A DNA stretch of 64,000 bases from Actinomycetota bacterium (lineage in GTDB: Bacteria > Actinomycetota > Actinomycetes > Nanopelagicales > Nanopelagicaceae). The stretch lies in assembly GCA_947451045.1 (NCBI GenBank), contig CANFXM010000001.1:5793-69792 (forward strand), written 5' to 3'. This document shows, piece by piece, positions 9,587 to 20,934 of the stretch (position 1 is the stretch's first letter; every line of letters starts with the position of its first letter). The notes under the pieces are model-generated. The model had not been told where the DNA came from. It made no database searches and worked only from the letters and a program-made list of their open reading frames with translations. The translations under genes and the position numbers were made by a program.

Positions 9587-10888
9587 ATGAGCGACGAAGA
9601 AGTTACAGCTACACCCCTGCTTGTTCCAAGTGCGGGTACGCCACCTGTTATCGATACCGAATCTGCTTTTCAATCGGCGCTCAATGAACTCGCTAAAGGT
9701 AGCGGGCCCTTTGCAATCGATGCCGAACGTGCATCTGGTTTTCGCTATAGCGCGCGTGCATATCTGATTCAAATAAAAAGAACTGGTGGTGGTCTTCACC
9801 TTATTGATCCGATTCCATTTGGCCCCGGCCATACATTATTTATCGCACTCAATGATTTATTAGCAACGGATGAGGTGATCTTGCATGCCAGTACGCAAGA
9901 TTTACCGTGCTTGCGCGAATTAGGAATTCATCCCAAGAAATTATTTGATACCGAATTAGGGGGTCGTATTGCAGGCCTTCCCCGTGTTGGACTTGGTCCG
10001 TTATTGGAATCCCAACTTGGAGTCTTACTTGCTAAAGAACATAGCGCTGCAGACTGGTCTGTTAGGCCACTACCTCAAGCATGGCTGACCTATGCCGCAC
10101 TCGATGTTGAACTTTTAGTAGAGCTACGTGACAAAATGTATGCCCTCCTTGAATCATCTGGAAAATTGAAATGGGCACTTGAAGAATTTGCTTCAATTCT
10201 GATCGCTCCTCCAGCCACACCACGTGTTGATCCATGGCGTCGCACATCGGGCATGCATAAAATAAAACGTCGTGATCATTTGGCCACCATAAAAGAATTA
10301 TGGATTGCACGTGATTCCATTGCACAAAAGGAAGATATTGCCGCAGGAAAATTACTCAACGATTATGCAATCGTAGAACTCGCAATTGCAATGCCAAAAA
10401 ATAAGAAGGAAGTTGAAAAAGCTCTTCGTCCACTTGGTCTGCGAGCGCGTTGGCTAGAAAATGTAGAGACATGGCTCAAAGTGATTCATGAATCCTCAAC
10501 CATTGCCGAAGATCAGTGGCCACCACTTCGCTCTCATTCCGATAATTCAATGCCACCCGTGAAATTGTGGCGCGATAAGTTCCCTACTAAATACGCTCCT
10601 CTTACTCATGCACGTGCAGCAATTGAATTGCGAGCGCAAGAACTTTCAATCCCATTAGAAAATTTGATTACACCTGATTACATTCGCCGGATTTGTTGGG
10701 AACCCCCACAAGGTTGCACAGAGATCCTCAATGAAAGTGCAGTGCGCGCAGCCCTTGGCGAGCTCGGTGCTCGCCCGTGGCAAATTGATCTTGTCGCCCC
10801 GTTGATAGCTCCTGCATTGCTGGAAAAAGTAGCACTGCCTGAGCCAAAGGTGGAAGAGGAAGCCAAAGACGAGGATTCCCCCGCGTAA
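9587..10888 (+). CDS. rnd: Ribonuclease D (3'-5' exonuclease plus HRDC domain)
   Basis: AIDAERASG, LHASTQDL, FDTEL, YAALDVELL DEDD motifs. Confidence 0.88.
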   Translation: MSDEEVTATPLLVPSAGTPPVIDTESAFQSALNELAKGSGPFAIDAERASGFRYSARAYLIQIKRTGGGLHLIDPIPFGPGHTLFIALNDLLATDEVILHASTQDLPCLRELGIHPKKLFDTELGGRIAGLPRVGLGPLLESQLGVLLAKEHSAADWSVRPLPQAWLTYAALDVELLVELRDKMYALLESSGKLKWALEEFASILIAPPATPRVDPWRRTSGMHKIKRRDHLATIKELWIARDSIAQKEDIAAGKLLNDYAIVELAIAMPKNKKEVEKALRPLGLRARWLENVETWLKVIHESSTIAEDQWPPLRSHSDNSMPPVKLWRDKFPTKYAPLTHARAAIELRAQELSIPLENLITPDYIRRICWEPPQGCTEILNESAVRAALGELGARPWQIDLVAPLIAPALLEKVALPEPKVEEEAKDEDSPA

Positions 10889-10947
10889 AATCTGATTTAC
10901 GCAACACATAAGTTGCGTAATTACCCAGGCGCCCTTAGATTTATCAG

Positions 10948-11763
10948 GTGCTCAGTACCTTCATCATTGCCCTTCGCGAAGGGCTCGAAGCCTCCCTTAT
11001 CGTGGGCATTTTGGTTGCCTACATCATCAAAACTGATCGCCGCTCCCTTCTCAAGCCATTATGGCTAGGCGTTGTTGGAGCTGTCATAGCCAGTCTTGGA
11101 CTCGGCGCATTACTTTCATTCACATCGGCAGAACTAACTCCGCGCGGCAATCAACTCTTTGCAGGAACAACTTCTCTTATTGCCGTGGCACTTGTCACGT
11201 GGATGGTTTTTTGGATGAAGCGCACCGCACGATTTTTGAAAACTGAACTTCATGGAAAAGTTGATAACGCACTTACTGCAGGGCCACTAACGCTAGCGGG
11301 CGTAGCTTTTTTCGCTGTGATTCGCGAAGGTTTAGAAACCGCGCTTTTTATTTATGCAAACTTTAGAACTGTTTCGGGAACTACCTCGGCAGCTATTGGT
11401 TTAGTACTTGGCTTTGCAATATCGATCTCACTCGGTTGGGCTATTTTCAAGAGCGCTATCAAAATGAATCTCAGTAAATTCTTTACATACACAGGAATTG
11501 GATTAATCGTTGTTGCCGCTGGCGTACTTGCCTATGGCATTCACGAGTTCCAAGAACTCGGGTGGTTGCCAGGCCCCAATGCCTTTGCGTGGGATACGAC
11601 CTCATGGATGACTAAAAACTCTATTGCCGGAGCTGTTCTAGGCGGCACTGTCGGCTTTGATACCACCACCTCCTGGTTCCAGTTCGGCGCATGGGCGCTC
11701 TATCTCATCGCAGTGCTGACTCCTTATTTGCGGGCTCCACGCGCCAAAGCGGTACTGTCGTAA
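10948..11763 (+). CDS. efeU: FTR1/EfeU family iron permease
   Basis: Two REGLE motifs, about 7 TM segments, YGIHEFQE. Confidence 0.88.
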   Translation: MLSTFIIALREGLEASLIVGILVAYIIKTDRRSLLKPLWLGVVGAVIASLGLGALLSFTSAELTPRGNQLFAGTTSLIAVALVTWMVFWMKRTARFLKTELHGKVDNALTAGPLTLAGVAFFAVIREGLETALFIYANFRTVSGTTSAAIGLVLGFAISISLGWAIFKSAIKMNLSKFFTYTGIGLIVVAAGVLAYGIHEFQELGWLPGPNAFAWDTTSWMTKNSIAGAVLGGTVGFDTTTSWFQFGAWALYLIAVLTPYLRAPRAKAVLS

Positions 11764-11826
11764 ATAACTACTGCTGAGTAACATTACCTATATCCCGTAA
11801 CGGCGATCTTAGGTAAGGAAAAGTCG

Positions 11827-13017
11827 ATGTCACGCACAGTTGTTCTCGTTGATGCAGTTCGAACTCCTTTTGGAAAAGCTGGCAGTTTGTATGCCGCAAC
11901 TCGCGCCGATGATTTGATGGTGCGCGCTATTCGCGGACTCCTTGAGCGAAATCCAAAGCTTGATCCTAAATCAATCGATGACGTTGCAATCGCTGCTGCT
12001 ACACAAAGCGGTGATCAAGGAATGAATATCGGTCGAAGCGTTGCACTCCTTGCCGGACTTCCAAACACTGTCCCTGGTTATTCAATTGATCGCTGGTGTG
12101 CCGGCGCGATGACTGCTGTAACAACTATTAGTGGAGCAATTGCATTAGGTGCATACGACATTGCTATTGCAGGTGGCGTTGAACATATGGGAAATCATCC
12201 AATGGGTGAAGGGATGGATCCAAACCCGCGCTATTTAGCAGAAAAAATTGTTGATCAAGATGCCCTTGCAATGGGAGCAACTGCAGAGCGTTTACATGAT
12301 CGCTTTCCACAATTTACAAAAGAGCGTGCAGATCGTTATGCAATGAATTCACAACTCAAAACTGCCAAAGCATATGCCGATGGAAAAATTCAACGAGATT
12401 TGATTCCCACTGCCGCGCGCAGTCCAGAACTTGGTTGGGGTGTTGCAACTGTTGATGAAGCACCTCGTCCAACGACAACTATGGAAGGCCTTGCAGGACT
12501 CAAAACTCCATTTCGCCCAGCTGGTCGTGTGACACCTGGTAATTCATCAGGGCTCAACGATGGTGCAACAGCTGCACTATTGGCAGATGAAACTACGGCG
12601 CGAGAATTAGGATTAACTATCAAAGCACGACTTGTTACATTTGCATTCGCAGGCGTTGAACCAGAAGTAATGGGTTATGGCCCAGTTCCTTCAACAATCA
12701 AAGCACTTGCAAAAGCAGGACTAACAATTGCTGATATCGGTGCATTTGAAATCAACGAAGCTTTTGCAGTACAAGTAATTGCATTCCTTGATCACTTTGG
12801 AATCGCAGATGATGATGCGCGCGTGAATCCTTATGGTGGCGCTATAGCTGTTGGTCATCCACTTGCATCCTCAGGTGTGCGACTCATGCTTAACTTGGCC
12901 CGAACATTTGAAGAGCATCCTGAAGTGCGTTATGGAATTACAACAATGTGTATCGGCTTAGGTATGGGCGGCACTGTTATCTGGGAAAACCCTCACTTTG
13001 TTGGGGGTTCAAAATAA
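11827..13017 (+). CDS. fadA: Acetyl-CoA acyltransferase (thiolase)
   Basis: VRTPFGK, DRWCAG, NEAFA, GHPLASSG, MCIGLGMG. Confidence 0.9.
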   Translation: MSRTVVLVDAVRTPFGKAGSLYAATRADDLMVRAIRGLLERNPKLDPKSIDDVAIAAATQSGDQGMNIGRSVALLAGLPNTVPGYSIDRWCAGAMTAVTTISGAIALGAYDIAIAGGVEHMGNHPMGEGMDPNPRYLAEKIVDQDALAMGATAERLHDRFPQFTKERADRYAMNSQLKTAKAYADGKIQRDLIPTAARSPELGWGVATVDEAPRPTTTMEGLAGLKTPFRPAGRVTPGNSSGLNDGATAALLADETTARELGLTIKARLVTFAFAGVEPEVMGYGPVPSTIKALAKAGLTIADIGAFEINEAFAVQVIAFLDHFGIADDDARVNPYGGAIAVGHPLASSGVRLMLNLARTFEEHPEVRYGITTMCIGLGMGGTVIWENPHFVGGSK

Positions 13018-15128
13018 TGACTACTAACACAATTGAAATGCCAGAAGGTGCCCCTGAAGAAGTTGTTACGAATGCACTTGTGCGCGATATTGATCTTGGC
13101 GCATTTGGCCATAAGGGAACACTTGCACTCATTACTCTCGATAACGGTCTCGATCACACTCGCCCTAATACTTTCGGACCACAATCACTTATGGCACTCG
13201 ATGCTGCAATTACTGAGGCTCTCTCACGCAAACCTGCAGCAATTGCAATTACAGGTAAGCCATTTATTTTTGCAGCCGGTGCCGATCTTTCAGCACTTTC
13301 ATTTATTACAAAGCGCGAGCAGTCTTTGGCCATTGGAAAGTTAGGCCACGATGTATTTCGTCGCCTCAATGAATGTGGCACTCCAACATTTGCATTTATC
13401 AACGGCTTAGCACTCGGTGGTGGCCTAGAAGTTGGATTACATTGCAACTATCGCACTCTCGCAACGACAGCTTTTACTGGTCTTCCAGAAGTATTTCTTG
13501 GACTCGTTCCTGGTTGGGGTGGCGCAACTTTATTGCCTACGCTCATCGGTCCAGAACGCGCAGTCCAAGTAATCATGCTCAACGCTCTCAATAACAACAC
13601 CATGATGAAGTCAAAAGATGCTCTATCACTTGGCGTTGTTGATGCTGTCTATGAACCATCAGATTTTCTAGAGCACTCCATTTCATTTGCAGCATCTGTT
13701 CTCAATGGTTCTAAGAAAATTGAACGCACTGATTACTCCAATGATCCTGGTTGGGAAAAAGCAATTGCAACTGGTCGCGCAGCGGCCTTGAAAAAATATG
13801 GTGGAGCAGAAATTGCCTCTCCTACTCGCGCACTCGAACTCATTGCTGCTTCGAAAAAAAGCACACTAGGTCAAGGCTTCGACGCAGAAGATCAAGTGCT
13901 AGCTGATCTGACAATGAGTGATCCACTTCGTGCATCTCTATATGCATTCAACTTGATTCAAAAGAAGCGCAAGAAAGTAGAAGGCGCTCCAAAGCCAGCA
14001 CTCGCTCGTAAAATAACTCGCGTTGGAGTTGTTGGCGCAGGACTTATGGCATCTCAATTAGCGCTACTGCTATTGCGCAATCTCAAGTGTCCCGTTGTGA
14101 TGACGGATATTGATCAAGAGCGAGCCGATAAAGGTGTTGCTTGGGTCAAAGGAGAAATTGCCAAGTTAGTGGAGAAAAAACGCATGCATCCGGAAGCTGC
14201 TGCTCGTCTTGTGGGCTTGATTAGTGGCTCTGCTGATCAAAGTGTCTTTATAGGGTGCGATTTTGTTATCGAAGCTATTTTTGAAGAATTATCGCTCAAG
14301 CAAGATCTTTTCAAAAAACTAGAAGCTATCGTCTCCCCCGAGTGTGTTATTGCAACTAATACTTCATCCCTCTCTGTTGAAGCAATGAGTGAGGGTCTCA
14401 AGAATCCAGAACGTGTCATTGGTTTCCACTTCTTTAATCCAGTAGCTGTGATGCCACTTCTTGAAGTTGCGCGTACAAGTAAAACTGATGATGTAACGAC
14501 AGCAACTGCTGTTGCAATTGGTAAAGAACTCAAGAAGACCATGGTGATTACAAAAGATGCACCTGGCTTTGTCGTCAATCGCCTACTCACTCGATTTATG
14601 GGCGAGATTACCGATGCAATGGATGAAGGCACTGCCCCTGATGTTGCTGATGGAGCAATGCGCAATATTGGTTTTCCTATGTCTCCATTTGAATTATTAG
14701 GACTCGTAGGACCAGGTGTTGCTCTGCATGTTTCTGAGACACTCAATAAAAATCTCGGTCCGCGTTATCGCGTTTCTCCTTCTATGCAACGTATGGTCAA
14801 GGAGGGAGTTCGTACTTTTTATATTAAAAATGAAGATGGCACTCAATCAGCAAATCCTGCAGCGCTAGCTCTGATTGTAAAAGGTGATAAAGCTTCAACT
14901 GGAGAAGAAGTTCGCCTGCGCGCCCTGACTGCAATTGCACAAGAAGCTCGCATGATGCTCGATGAAGGCGTTGTTACTACTGCAGCAGAAATCGATCTAT
15001 GTATGTTAATGGGAGCTGGTTGGCCAATGCATTTAGGCGGAATATTGCCGTACTTAGATCGCGAAGGAATTAGCGATTCTGTTTGTGGTCAACGTTTTCA
15101 TGCTCCTGGAATTGCATCCCTTCCTTAA
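13017..15128 (+). CDS. fadB: Multifunctional enoyl-CoA hydratase / 3-hydroxyacyl-CoA dehydrogenase
   Basis: [36 protein letters not shown]. Start ATG 13017 overlaps the fadA stop (TAATG). Confidence 0.88.
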   Translation: MTTNTIEMPEGAPEEVVTNALVRDIDLGAFGHKGTLALITLDNGLDHTRPNTFGPQSLMALDAAITEALSRKPAAIAITGKPFIFAAGADLSALSFITKREQSLAIGKLGHDVFRRLNECGTPTFAFINGLALGGGLEVGLHCNYRTLATTAFTGLPEVFLGLVPGWGGATLLPTLIGPERAVQVIMLNALNNNTMMKSKDALSLGVVDAVYEPSDFLEHSISFAASVLNGSKKIERTDYSNDPGWEKAIATGRAAALKKYGGAEIASPTRALELIAASKKSTLGQGFDAEDQVLADLTMSDPLRASLYAFNLIQKKRKKVEGAPKPALARKITRVGVVGAGLMASQLALLLLRNLKCPVVMTDIDQERADKGVAWVKGEIAKLVEKKRMHPEAAARLVGLISGSADQSVFIGCDFVIEAIFEELSLKQDLFKKLEAIVSPECVIATNTSSLSVEAMSEGLKNPERVIGFHFFNPVAVMPLLEVARTSKTDDVTTATAVAIGKELKKTMVITKDAPGFVVNRLLTRFMGEITDAMDEGTAPDVADGAMRNIGFPMSPFELLGLVGPGVALHVSETLNKNLGPRYRVSPSMQRMVKEGVRTFYIKNEDGTQSANPAALALIVKGDKASTGEEVRLRALTAIAQEARMMLDEGVVTTAAEIDLCMLMGAGWPMHLGGILPYLDREGISDSVCGQRFHAPGIASLP

Positions 15129-16989
15129 GCGAGCTACTCCATTCCACAACGCTACGTGTAATGTTTTGAACGCTAATTCCTAAATCGTTGAGAACCTCTG
15201 CGCGCTTTGAATGTTCGATGAATTCCAGTGGCACGCCAATCGAATGAATCGGAACTGATAATCCTGCATCTCTAAACATTTCAGATATTGTGCTTGCAAT
15301 TCCACCGTGGCGAATTCCATCTTCCAAAACAACAACACTCTTATAACGTTGCGCCATCGTAATCAGTGATGAGGGCAATGGTTTGACCCATCGTGGATCT
15401 ATTACTGTTACGCCGACACCTTCTCGGTACGCCTGTGATGCTGCTTCAACAGCAATATTTGCAAGAGCGCCAATGCTTACAAGGAGTACATCCGCGCTCT
15501 CTCCGCGATACAAAACATCAATTCCATCACGGCGCTCAAATGCTGGGATATCTTCTATAACTGCACCTTTTGGAAAACGAACAAGTGAAGGTGCATCACT
15601 AATTGTGATTGCTTCGTTGAGCGTTTCTTTCAAACGTGCACCATCGCGAGGAGCAGCGACATGGAGTGTTGGAATAATTCCAGTGAGAGCTAAATCCCAC
15701 ATTCCATTATGTGAGGGACCGTCATCACCTGTGATTCCAGAACGATCGAGCACAAATGTCACACCCGCTTGATGTAGTGCAACATCGAGTAGCACTTGAT
15801 CAAATGCACGATTCAAAAATGTTGAATAAAGGGCAACCACGGGGTGCAGTCCTGCAAATGCCATACCTGCAGCACTAGTGACTGCATGTTGTTCGGCAAT
15901 TCCGACATCGACTGTGCGCTCTGGAAATTCTTTTTGGAAAGCATCAAGACCAGTAGGTCCAAGCATTGCTGCAGTGATTGCAACAATATCCTCGCGTTTG
16001 CGACCAATTTTAACTAACTCGTCAGAAAATACTTGGGTCCAGCTTGTCCCACTCTTTGCAACAGGCTCCCCTGTTTCAGGATCAACAATTCCCACCGCAT
16101 GGAACTTCTCTGCCTCATCTTCGACTGCAGGCAGATAGCCACGACCCTTTTCAGTAATTGCGTGAATAAGTACTGGCTCACCAAATTCTTTAGCTTTGAC
16201 GAGTGCTTTTTCCATTGCAGCAATATCGTGACCATCAATGGGTCCCATATATTTCAAACCAAGATCTTCAAACATTCCTTGTGGCGCGACAATATCTTTG
16301 ATGCCTTTTTTCATTCCATGCAAAGTTTCATATATTGGCGTTCCTACAACAGGTGTCTTACTCAGTACTTCTTTGCCCCAATCAAGGAAACGCTCATAGC
16401 CTTGAGTTACTCGAAGTGTTGATAGATATGTTGCGACTCCGCCAATAGTTGGTGAATAAGAGCGTTCATTATCGTTGACAATAATGACTAAGTTACGACT
16501 CTCTTGCGAGGCAATATTGTTGAGCGCTTCCCATGACATTCCGCCTGTTAGTGCGCCATCGCCAACAACGACTACTACGTGGCGATCATCTTGTTTCGTC
16601 AGTGAGAATCCACGAGATATTCCATCGCCCCATGAGAGCGCAGTAGATGCGTGTGAGTTTTCAATAACATCGTGTTCGCTCTCAGAGCGGTTTGGATATC
16701 CCGCAATGCCACCGCGTTGGCGCAACTTGTCGAATTTATCTGCGCGACCAGTCAAAATTTTGTGGACATAACTCTGGTGGCCCGTATCAAAGAGCACAAC
16801 ATCTTTGGGTGATTCAAATACTCGATGGATGGCAATCGTTAGTTCAACTACACCTAAGTTAGGGCCAAGGTGGCCACCAGTTTTAGAAACTTTTTCAACT
16901 AAGAAAGTTCGAATCTCAGCAGAAAGTGCGTTGAGTTGATCAAGGGTCAGCGCATCCAAATCACGCGGTGACTTTATCGACTCAATCAT
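15070..16989 (-). CDS. dxs: 1-deoxy-D-xylulose-5-phosphate synthase
   Basis: [36 protein letters not shown]. Confidence 0.96.
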   Translation of the reverse strand: MIESIKSPRDLDALTLDQLNALSAEIRTFLVEKVSKTGGHLGPNLGVVELTIAIHRVFESPKDVVLFDTGHQSYVHKILTGRADKFDKLRQRGGIAGYPNRSESEHDVIENSHASTALSWGDGISRGFSLTKQDDRHVVVVVGDGALTGGMSWEALNNIASQESRNLVIIVNDNERSYSPTIGGVATYLSTLRVTQGYERFLDWGKEVLSKTPVVGTPIYETLHGMKKGIKDIVAPQGMFEDLGLKYMGPIDGHDIAAMEKALVKAKEFGEPVLIHAITEKGRGYLPAVEDEAEKFHAVGIVDPETGEPVAKSGTSWTQVFSDELVKIGRKREDIVAITAAMLGPTGLDAFQKEFPERTVDVGIAEQHAVTSAAGMAFAGLHPVVALYSTFLNRAFDQVLLDVALHQAGVTFVLDRSGITGDDGPSHNGMWDLALTGIIPTLHVAAPRDGARLKETLNEAITISDAPSLVRFPKGAVIEDIPAFERRDGIDVLYRGESADVLLVSIGALANIAVEAASQAYREGVGVTVIDPRWVKPLPSSLITMAQRYKSVVVLEDGIRHGGIASTISEMFRDAGLSVPIHSIGVPLEFIEHSKRAEVLNDLGISVQNITRSVVEWSSSLKEGMQFQEHENVDHKQNR

Positions 16990-17024
16990 GAGCGCAATTC
17001 TAGTTTGCTGCCCTCAATTTTGCA

Positions 17025-19685
17025 CTAATTAGCGAGTAGTGAGCGCAATACATACTGCATGATTCCACCGTGGCGATAGTAATCTGCCTCACCTGGTGTA
17101 TCGATGCGTACCTTCGCACTAAATTTCTTATCTCCTGCACTCACTATTACCTCTTTTGGAGTAGTGCCATTATTGAGTTCTACGACCCCAGAAATCGTAA
17201 ATGATTCTTCACCTGTGAGACCAAGTGATTGAGCATTTTGACCATCGAGGAATTGCAAAGGTAGAACGCCCATTCCAATTAAGTTGGAACGGTGAATGCG
17301 CTCGAAGCTTTCGGCAATTACGGCGCGAACTCCAAGTAATGCAGTTCCCTTTGCCGCCCAGTCGCGCGAAGAACCAGATCCATATTCTTTACCTGCCAAG
17401 ATTACGAGTGGGATTCCTGCATTGATGTAATCAACGGAGGCATCATAAATAGTTGATTGCGCTCCACCGTGTAAGAAGTTGCGAGTAAATCCACCTTCAA
17501 CTCCATCTAGCAACATATTCTTCAAGCGAATATTTGCAAAAGTTCCGCGAATCATCACTTCATGATTTCCGCGGCGTGAACCATACGAGTTGAAATCTTT
17601 GCGATCAACGCCATGCTCTGCTAAATATTTTCCAGCCGGCGAATCTGCTTTGATATTTCCAGCTGGCGAGATGTGATCTGTTGTTACTGAATCTCCCAAG
17701 ATTGCCATCACGCGCGCACCTGCAATATCTGTGACCGCAGTTGGTTGCTTGGGCATTCCATCGAAATAAGGCGGACGTCGAACATATGTGGACTTGGCAT
17801 CCCACTCAAACGTCTTACCTGTCGGAGTTGCTAAAGACTTCCAACGATGATCGCCATCAAAAACACTTGCATAATCTTTTGTAAACATCTCTGAAGAAAT
17901 TGAGGCATCAATGACACTTTGGATTTCTTGGGGTGAAGGCCAAATATCCTTGAGGTAGACAGGCTGACCATCTTTGTCACTGCCTAATGAATCTTTTTCA
18001 AAATCATGATCCATGGTGCCCGCAATTGCATAAGCAACTACGAGTGGAGGCGAAGCCAAGTAATTCATCTTTACATCAGGACTGATACGACCTTCGAAGT
18101 TTCGATTGCCTGATAGAACTGCTGTTACGGCAAGGTCATTGTCATTGACTGCCTTGCTAATTTCGATAGGCAGTGGACCTGAGTTACCAATACATGTAAC
18201 GCAACCATATCCAACAAGGTGGAAGCCAAGAGCTTGCATATACGGGGTAAGTCCGGCGCGATCGTAATAATCAGTAACAACTTTTGAACCAGGTGCCAGT
18301 GTTGTTTTTACCCAAGGCTTAGATTTTAAACCTTTCTCGACCGCTTTTTTTGCAAGCAGAGCTGCGCCAATCATGACTGAAGGGTTAGAAGTATTTGTGC
18401 ATGATGTTATTGATGCAATGACTACATCACCATTTTTGATTGTGGTTGCTTCATTACGAACTTTGATAGCCACTGCTGATTTTTCAGTCTTATCAGAGAA
18501 ATATGTTGGAAGAATATTTTCAAATGAAGATTTCGAATCACTTAGTGAAATGCGATCTTGCGGACGCTTAGGTCCTGCAATAGATGGAACAACGGTTGAA
18601 AGGTCGAGCTCGATATTTTCAGAAAAACGGGGAGTAAGCGATGGGTCATGCCACAGGCCTTGCTTCTTTGCATATTGTTCAACAAGTGCAACAGCATCTT
18701 CGCTGCGACCAGTAAGACGTAAATAGCGAAGTGTCTCTTCATCAATAGGGAAGATGGCACATGTTGAACCATATTCAGGGCTCATATTTCCAATAGTTGC
18801 GCGGTTTGCCATCGGAACACTGACAACACCTGGTCCATAGAACTCAACGAATTTTCCAACAACGCCGTGCTTACGAAGCATCTGCGTAATAGTAAGAGCT
18901 AAATCTGTAGCTGTTGTGCCCAATGGAAGTGTGCCGCTGAGTTTGAAACCAACAACTCGAGGGATCAACATGGATACAGGTTGACCAAGTAATGCAGCTT
19001 CGGCTTCGATGCCACCGACTCCCCACCCAAGAACTCCAAGTCCATTGACCATCGTTGTGTGTGAATCTGTGCCGACAACGGTATCTGGATAAGCACGAAG
19101 CACACCGTTGACTGTGCGTGTCATGATTACTCGAGCAAGAAATTCAATATTTACTTGGTGAACGATTCCAGTTCCAGGTGGCACAACTTTGAATTCATCA
19201 AATGCACTTTGACCCCAACGTAAAAAACGATAGCGCTCTTGATTGCGCTCGTACTCAATATCAGTATTTTCTTCAAAAGAATTCATAGTTCCAAAAACAT
19301 CAGCAATCACAGAGTGGTCAATGACAAGTTCTGCCGGTGCTAAAGGATTTACCTTTGAGGCATCTCCCCCAAGTTCAACGATGGCCTCACGCATGGTTGC
19401 AAGATCAACAATGCAAGGAACGCCAGTAAAATCCTGCATGACAACACGAGCGGGTGTAAATTGAATTTCAGTATCTGGCTCAACAGATGGATCCCAATGA
19501 GCCAGCGCTGTTATGTGATCGGCTGTGATATTTGCACCATCTTCAGTGCGTAATAAATTCTCAAGTAATACTTTCAAACTAAATGGCAGATCCTTAGCAC
19601 CATCTATCGCAGAGATATCGAAGATCTCAAAACTCTTTCCCGCTACATCTAAATTTTTCTTTGCGTTAAAAGAGTTTTTGCTCAT
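17025..19685 (-). CDS. acnA: Aconitate hydratase A
   Basis: [41 protein letters not shown]. Confidence 0.97.
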   Translation of the reverse strand: MSKNSFNAKKNLDVAGKSFEIFDISAIDGAKDLPFSLKVLLENLLRTEDGANITADHITALAHWDPSVEPDTEIQFTPARVVMQDFTGVPCIVDLATMREAIVELGGDASKVNPLAPAELVIDHSVIADVFGTMNSFEENTDIEYERNQERYRFLRWGQSAFDEFKVVPPGTGIVHQVNIEFLARVIMTRTVNGVLRAYPDTVVGTDSHTTMVNGLGVLGWGVGGIEAEAALLGQPVSMLIPRVVGFKLSGTLPLGTTATDLALTITQMLRKHGVVGKFVEFYGPGVVSVPMANRATIGNMSPEYGSTCAIFPIDEETLRYLRLTGRSEDAVALVEQYAKKQGLWHDPSLTPRFSENIELDLSTVVPSIAGPKRPQDRISLSDSKSSFENILPTYFSDKTEKSAVAIKVRNEATTIKNGDVVIASITSCTNTSNPSVMIGAALLAKKAVEKGLKSKPWVKTTLAPGSKVVTDYYDRAGLTPYMQALGFHLVGYGCVTCIGNSGPLPIEISKAVNDNDLAVTAVLSGNRNFEGRISPDVKMNYLASPPLVVAYAIAGTMDHDFEKDSLGSDKDGQPVYLKDIWPSPQEIQSVIDASISSEMFTKDYASVFDGDHRWKSLATPTGKTFEWDAKSTYVRRPPYFDGMPKQPTAVTDIAGARVMAILGDSVTTDHISPAGNIKADSPAGKYLAEHGVDRKDFNSYGSRRGNHEVMIRGTFANIRLKNMLLDGVEGGFTRNFLHGGAQSTIYDASVDYINAGIPLVILAGKEYGSGSSRDWAAKGTALLGVRAVIAESFERIHRSNLIGMGVLPLQFLDGQNAQSLGLTGEESFTISGVVELNNGTTPKEVIVSAGDKKFSAKVRIDTPGEADYYRHGGIMQYVLRSLLAN

Positions 19686-19706
19686 TCGTTGCTCCGCATC
19701 CTAAAA

Positions 19707-19726
19707 GTATCTTGACGTCAAGATAC
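19707..19726. promoter_or_regulatory. Perfect 20-bp palindrome GTATCTTGACGTCAAGATAC upstream of acnA; probable operator
   Basis: Read directly; ends 21 nt before the acnA ATG and overlaps the stop codon of the upstream methyltransferase. Confidence 0.7.
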
Positions 19727-20902
19727 CTCATGTGGGACATAGAGTGCAACAGATTCGATGTGGTGCGTCATCGGAAAAAGATCAAAAGCTCGCAACTTTG
19801 TGAGGTGATAGCCCGCTTCATTCAAATATGTCGTATCGCGAGCAAGGGCTGCAGGATCACATGCGACATAAACAATTGCGCGCGGTGCAATGCGACGAAG
19901 TTCACTAATCACTTCCTTACCGGCGCCTTCCCTAGGTGGATCCAAAATAACAACATCGCCGCCATCTATTCGTGCAAGTGCTCGATCCACTGATGCGGTG
20001 ACAACATTTACATTTTTATGGTTTTGAAAATTTCTTTTTGCATCAGCTGTGGCACTTTTACTTCCTTCAATAAGGTCGACTCTTCCTGAGCTACCAACAC
20101 TGTCAATGAGAGCGCTGGTAAATAGGCCAACGCCTCCATACAAATCTAAAAGATGATCGCCTTGCTCTAACTCACAAAATTCTGAAACTACTCGGGTCAA
20201 TACATCAGGTGCGTTGACATGACTTTGCCAAAAAGAATCTGGACTTACTTCAAGTATGTTCGCTCCAACTTTTTCGTGCAAAATTACAGGAGCTTGAGTA
20301 GAAATAGATCGCTCACCAGTAGATGAGATTGCTAGCTCCACTTTTGTTCCAGGTTCCCATTGCTTTTTAGCCAGTTCACTAAATTCGATGCCTGCAGCAG
20401 TTATTGGGCAATTATCAATTGCTATAACGTTGTGACTTCGCGAAGAGATAAATCCCAATTTTCCGCTCTTTGTAACTGATGCAATCGCTCTCGTGCGCCA
20501 ACCCAATGAATTCCCAACTTCTTCAACTTCAACTTCGATATCCATCTTTGCGATGCGCGCGAACTGTTCCCGGATTACATCACTTTTGAGGCGTCGCTGA
20601 GCCGAAATTTCAATATGCTGAAAGTCGCAGCCGCCGCAGCCCAAACGATGAGCATAAGAACAAGGCGGAGTTACCCGATCTGGTGAACTCTTTTCAACAC
20701 TGATCACGTCGCCACGATTAAAACTTGAGCCCACACTAGAAATTTCAATGGTGCATTCCTCACCAGGAATTGCGTGACGGATGAAAATAACCGCGCCTTC
20801 ATGACGGGCAATAAAGTGGCCGCCGTGTGCAACTTTTTCAATTGTTACCGCAATTTTTTGGCCAACGACCATTTTTTTCTGTGTTGCCTTCTCAGATGCC
20901 AT
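19718..20902 (-). CDS. TRAM-domain RlmD/TrmA family RNA (uracil-5) methyltransferase
   Basis: TRAM N-terminus, Fe-S cysteines C....CGGC, DLYGGVGLF, LDPPR.G, VACDP, DLFP.THH.E. Confidence 0.88.
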   Translation of the reverse strand: MASEKATQKKMVVGQKIAVTIEKVAHGGHFIARHEGAVIFIRHAIPGEECTIEISSVGSSFNRGDVISVEKSSPDRVTPPCSYAHRLGCGGCDFQHIEISAQRRLKSDVIREQFARIAKMDIEVEVEEVGNSLGWRTRAIASVTKSGKLGFISSRSHNVIAIDNCPITAAGIEFSELAKKQWEPGTKVELAISSTGERSISTQAPVILHEKVGANILEVSPDSFWQSHVNAPDVLTRVVSEFCELEQGDHLLDLYGGVGLFTSALIDSVGSSGRVDLIEGSKSATADAKRNFQNHKNVNVVTASVDRALARIDGGDVVILDPPREGAGKEVISELRRIAPRAIVYVACDPAALARDTTYLNEAGYHLTKLRAFDLFPMTHHIESVALYVPHEVS

Positions 20903-20934
20903 AGATGTAAGCCTATGGGTGTAAGTTACCTCTT

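Noticed and set aside
11809-11827. TTAGGTAAGG as an IdeR box downstream of efeU
   Set aside because: Only the left half matches, the right half is absent, and the sequence is explained by the fadA SD.
12948-13016. N-terminal extension of fadB given by the ORF track
   Set aside because: It overlaps the conserved thiolase C-terminus; the TAATG coupling at 13015-13019 gives a better start.
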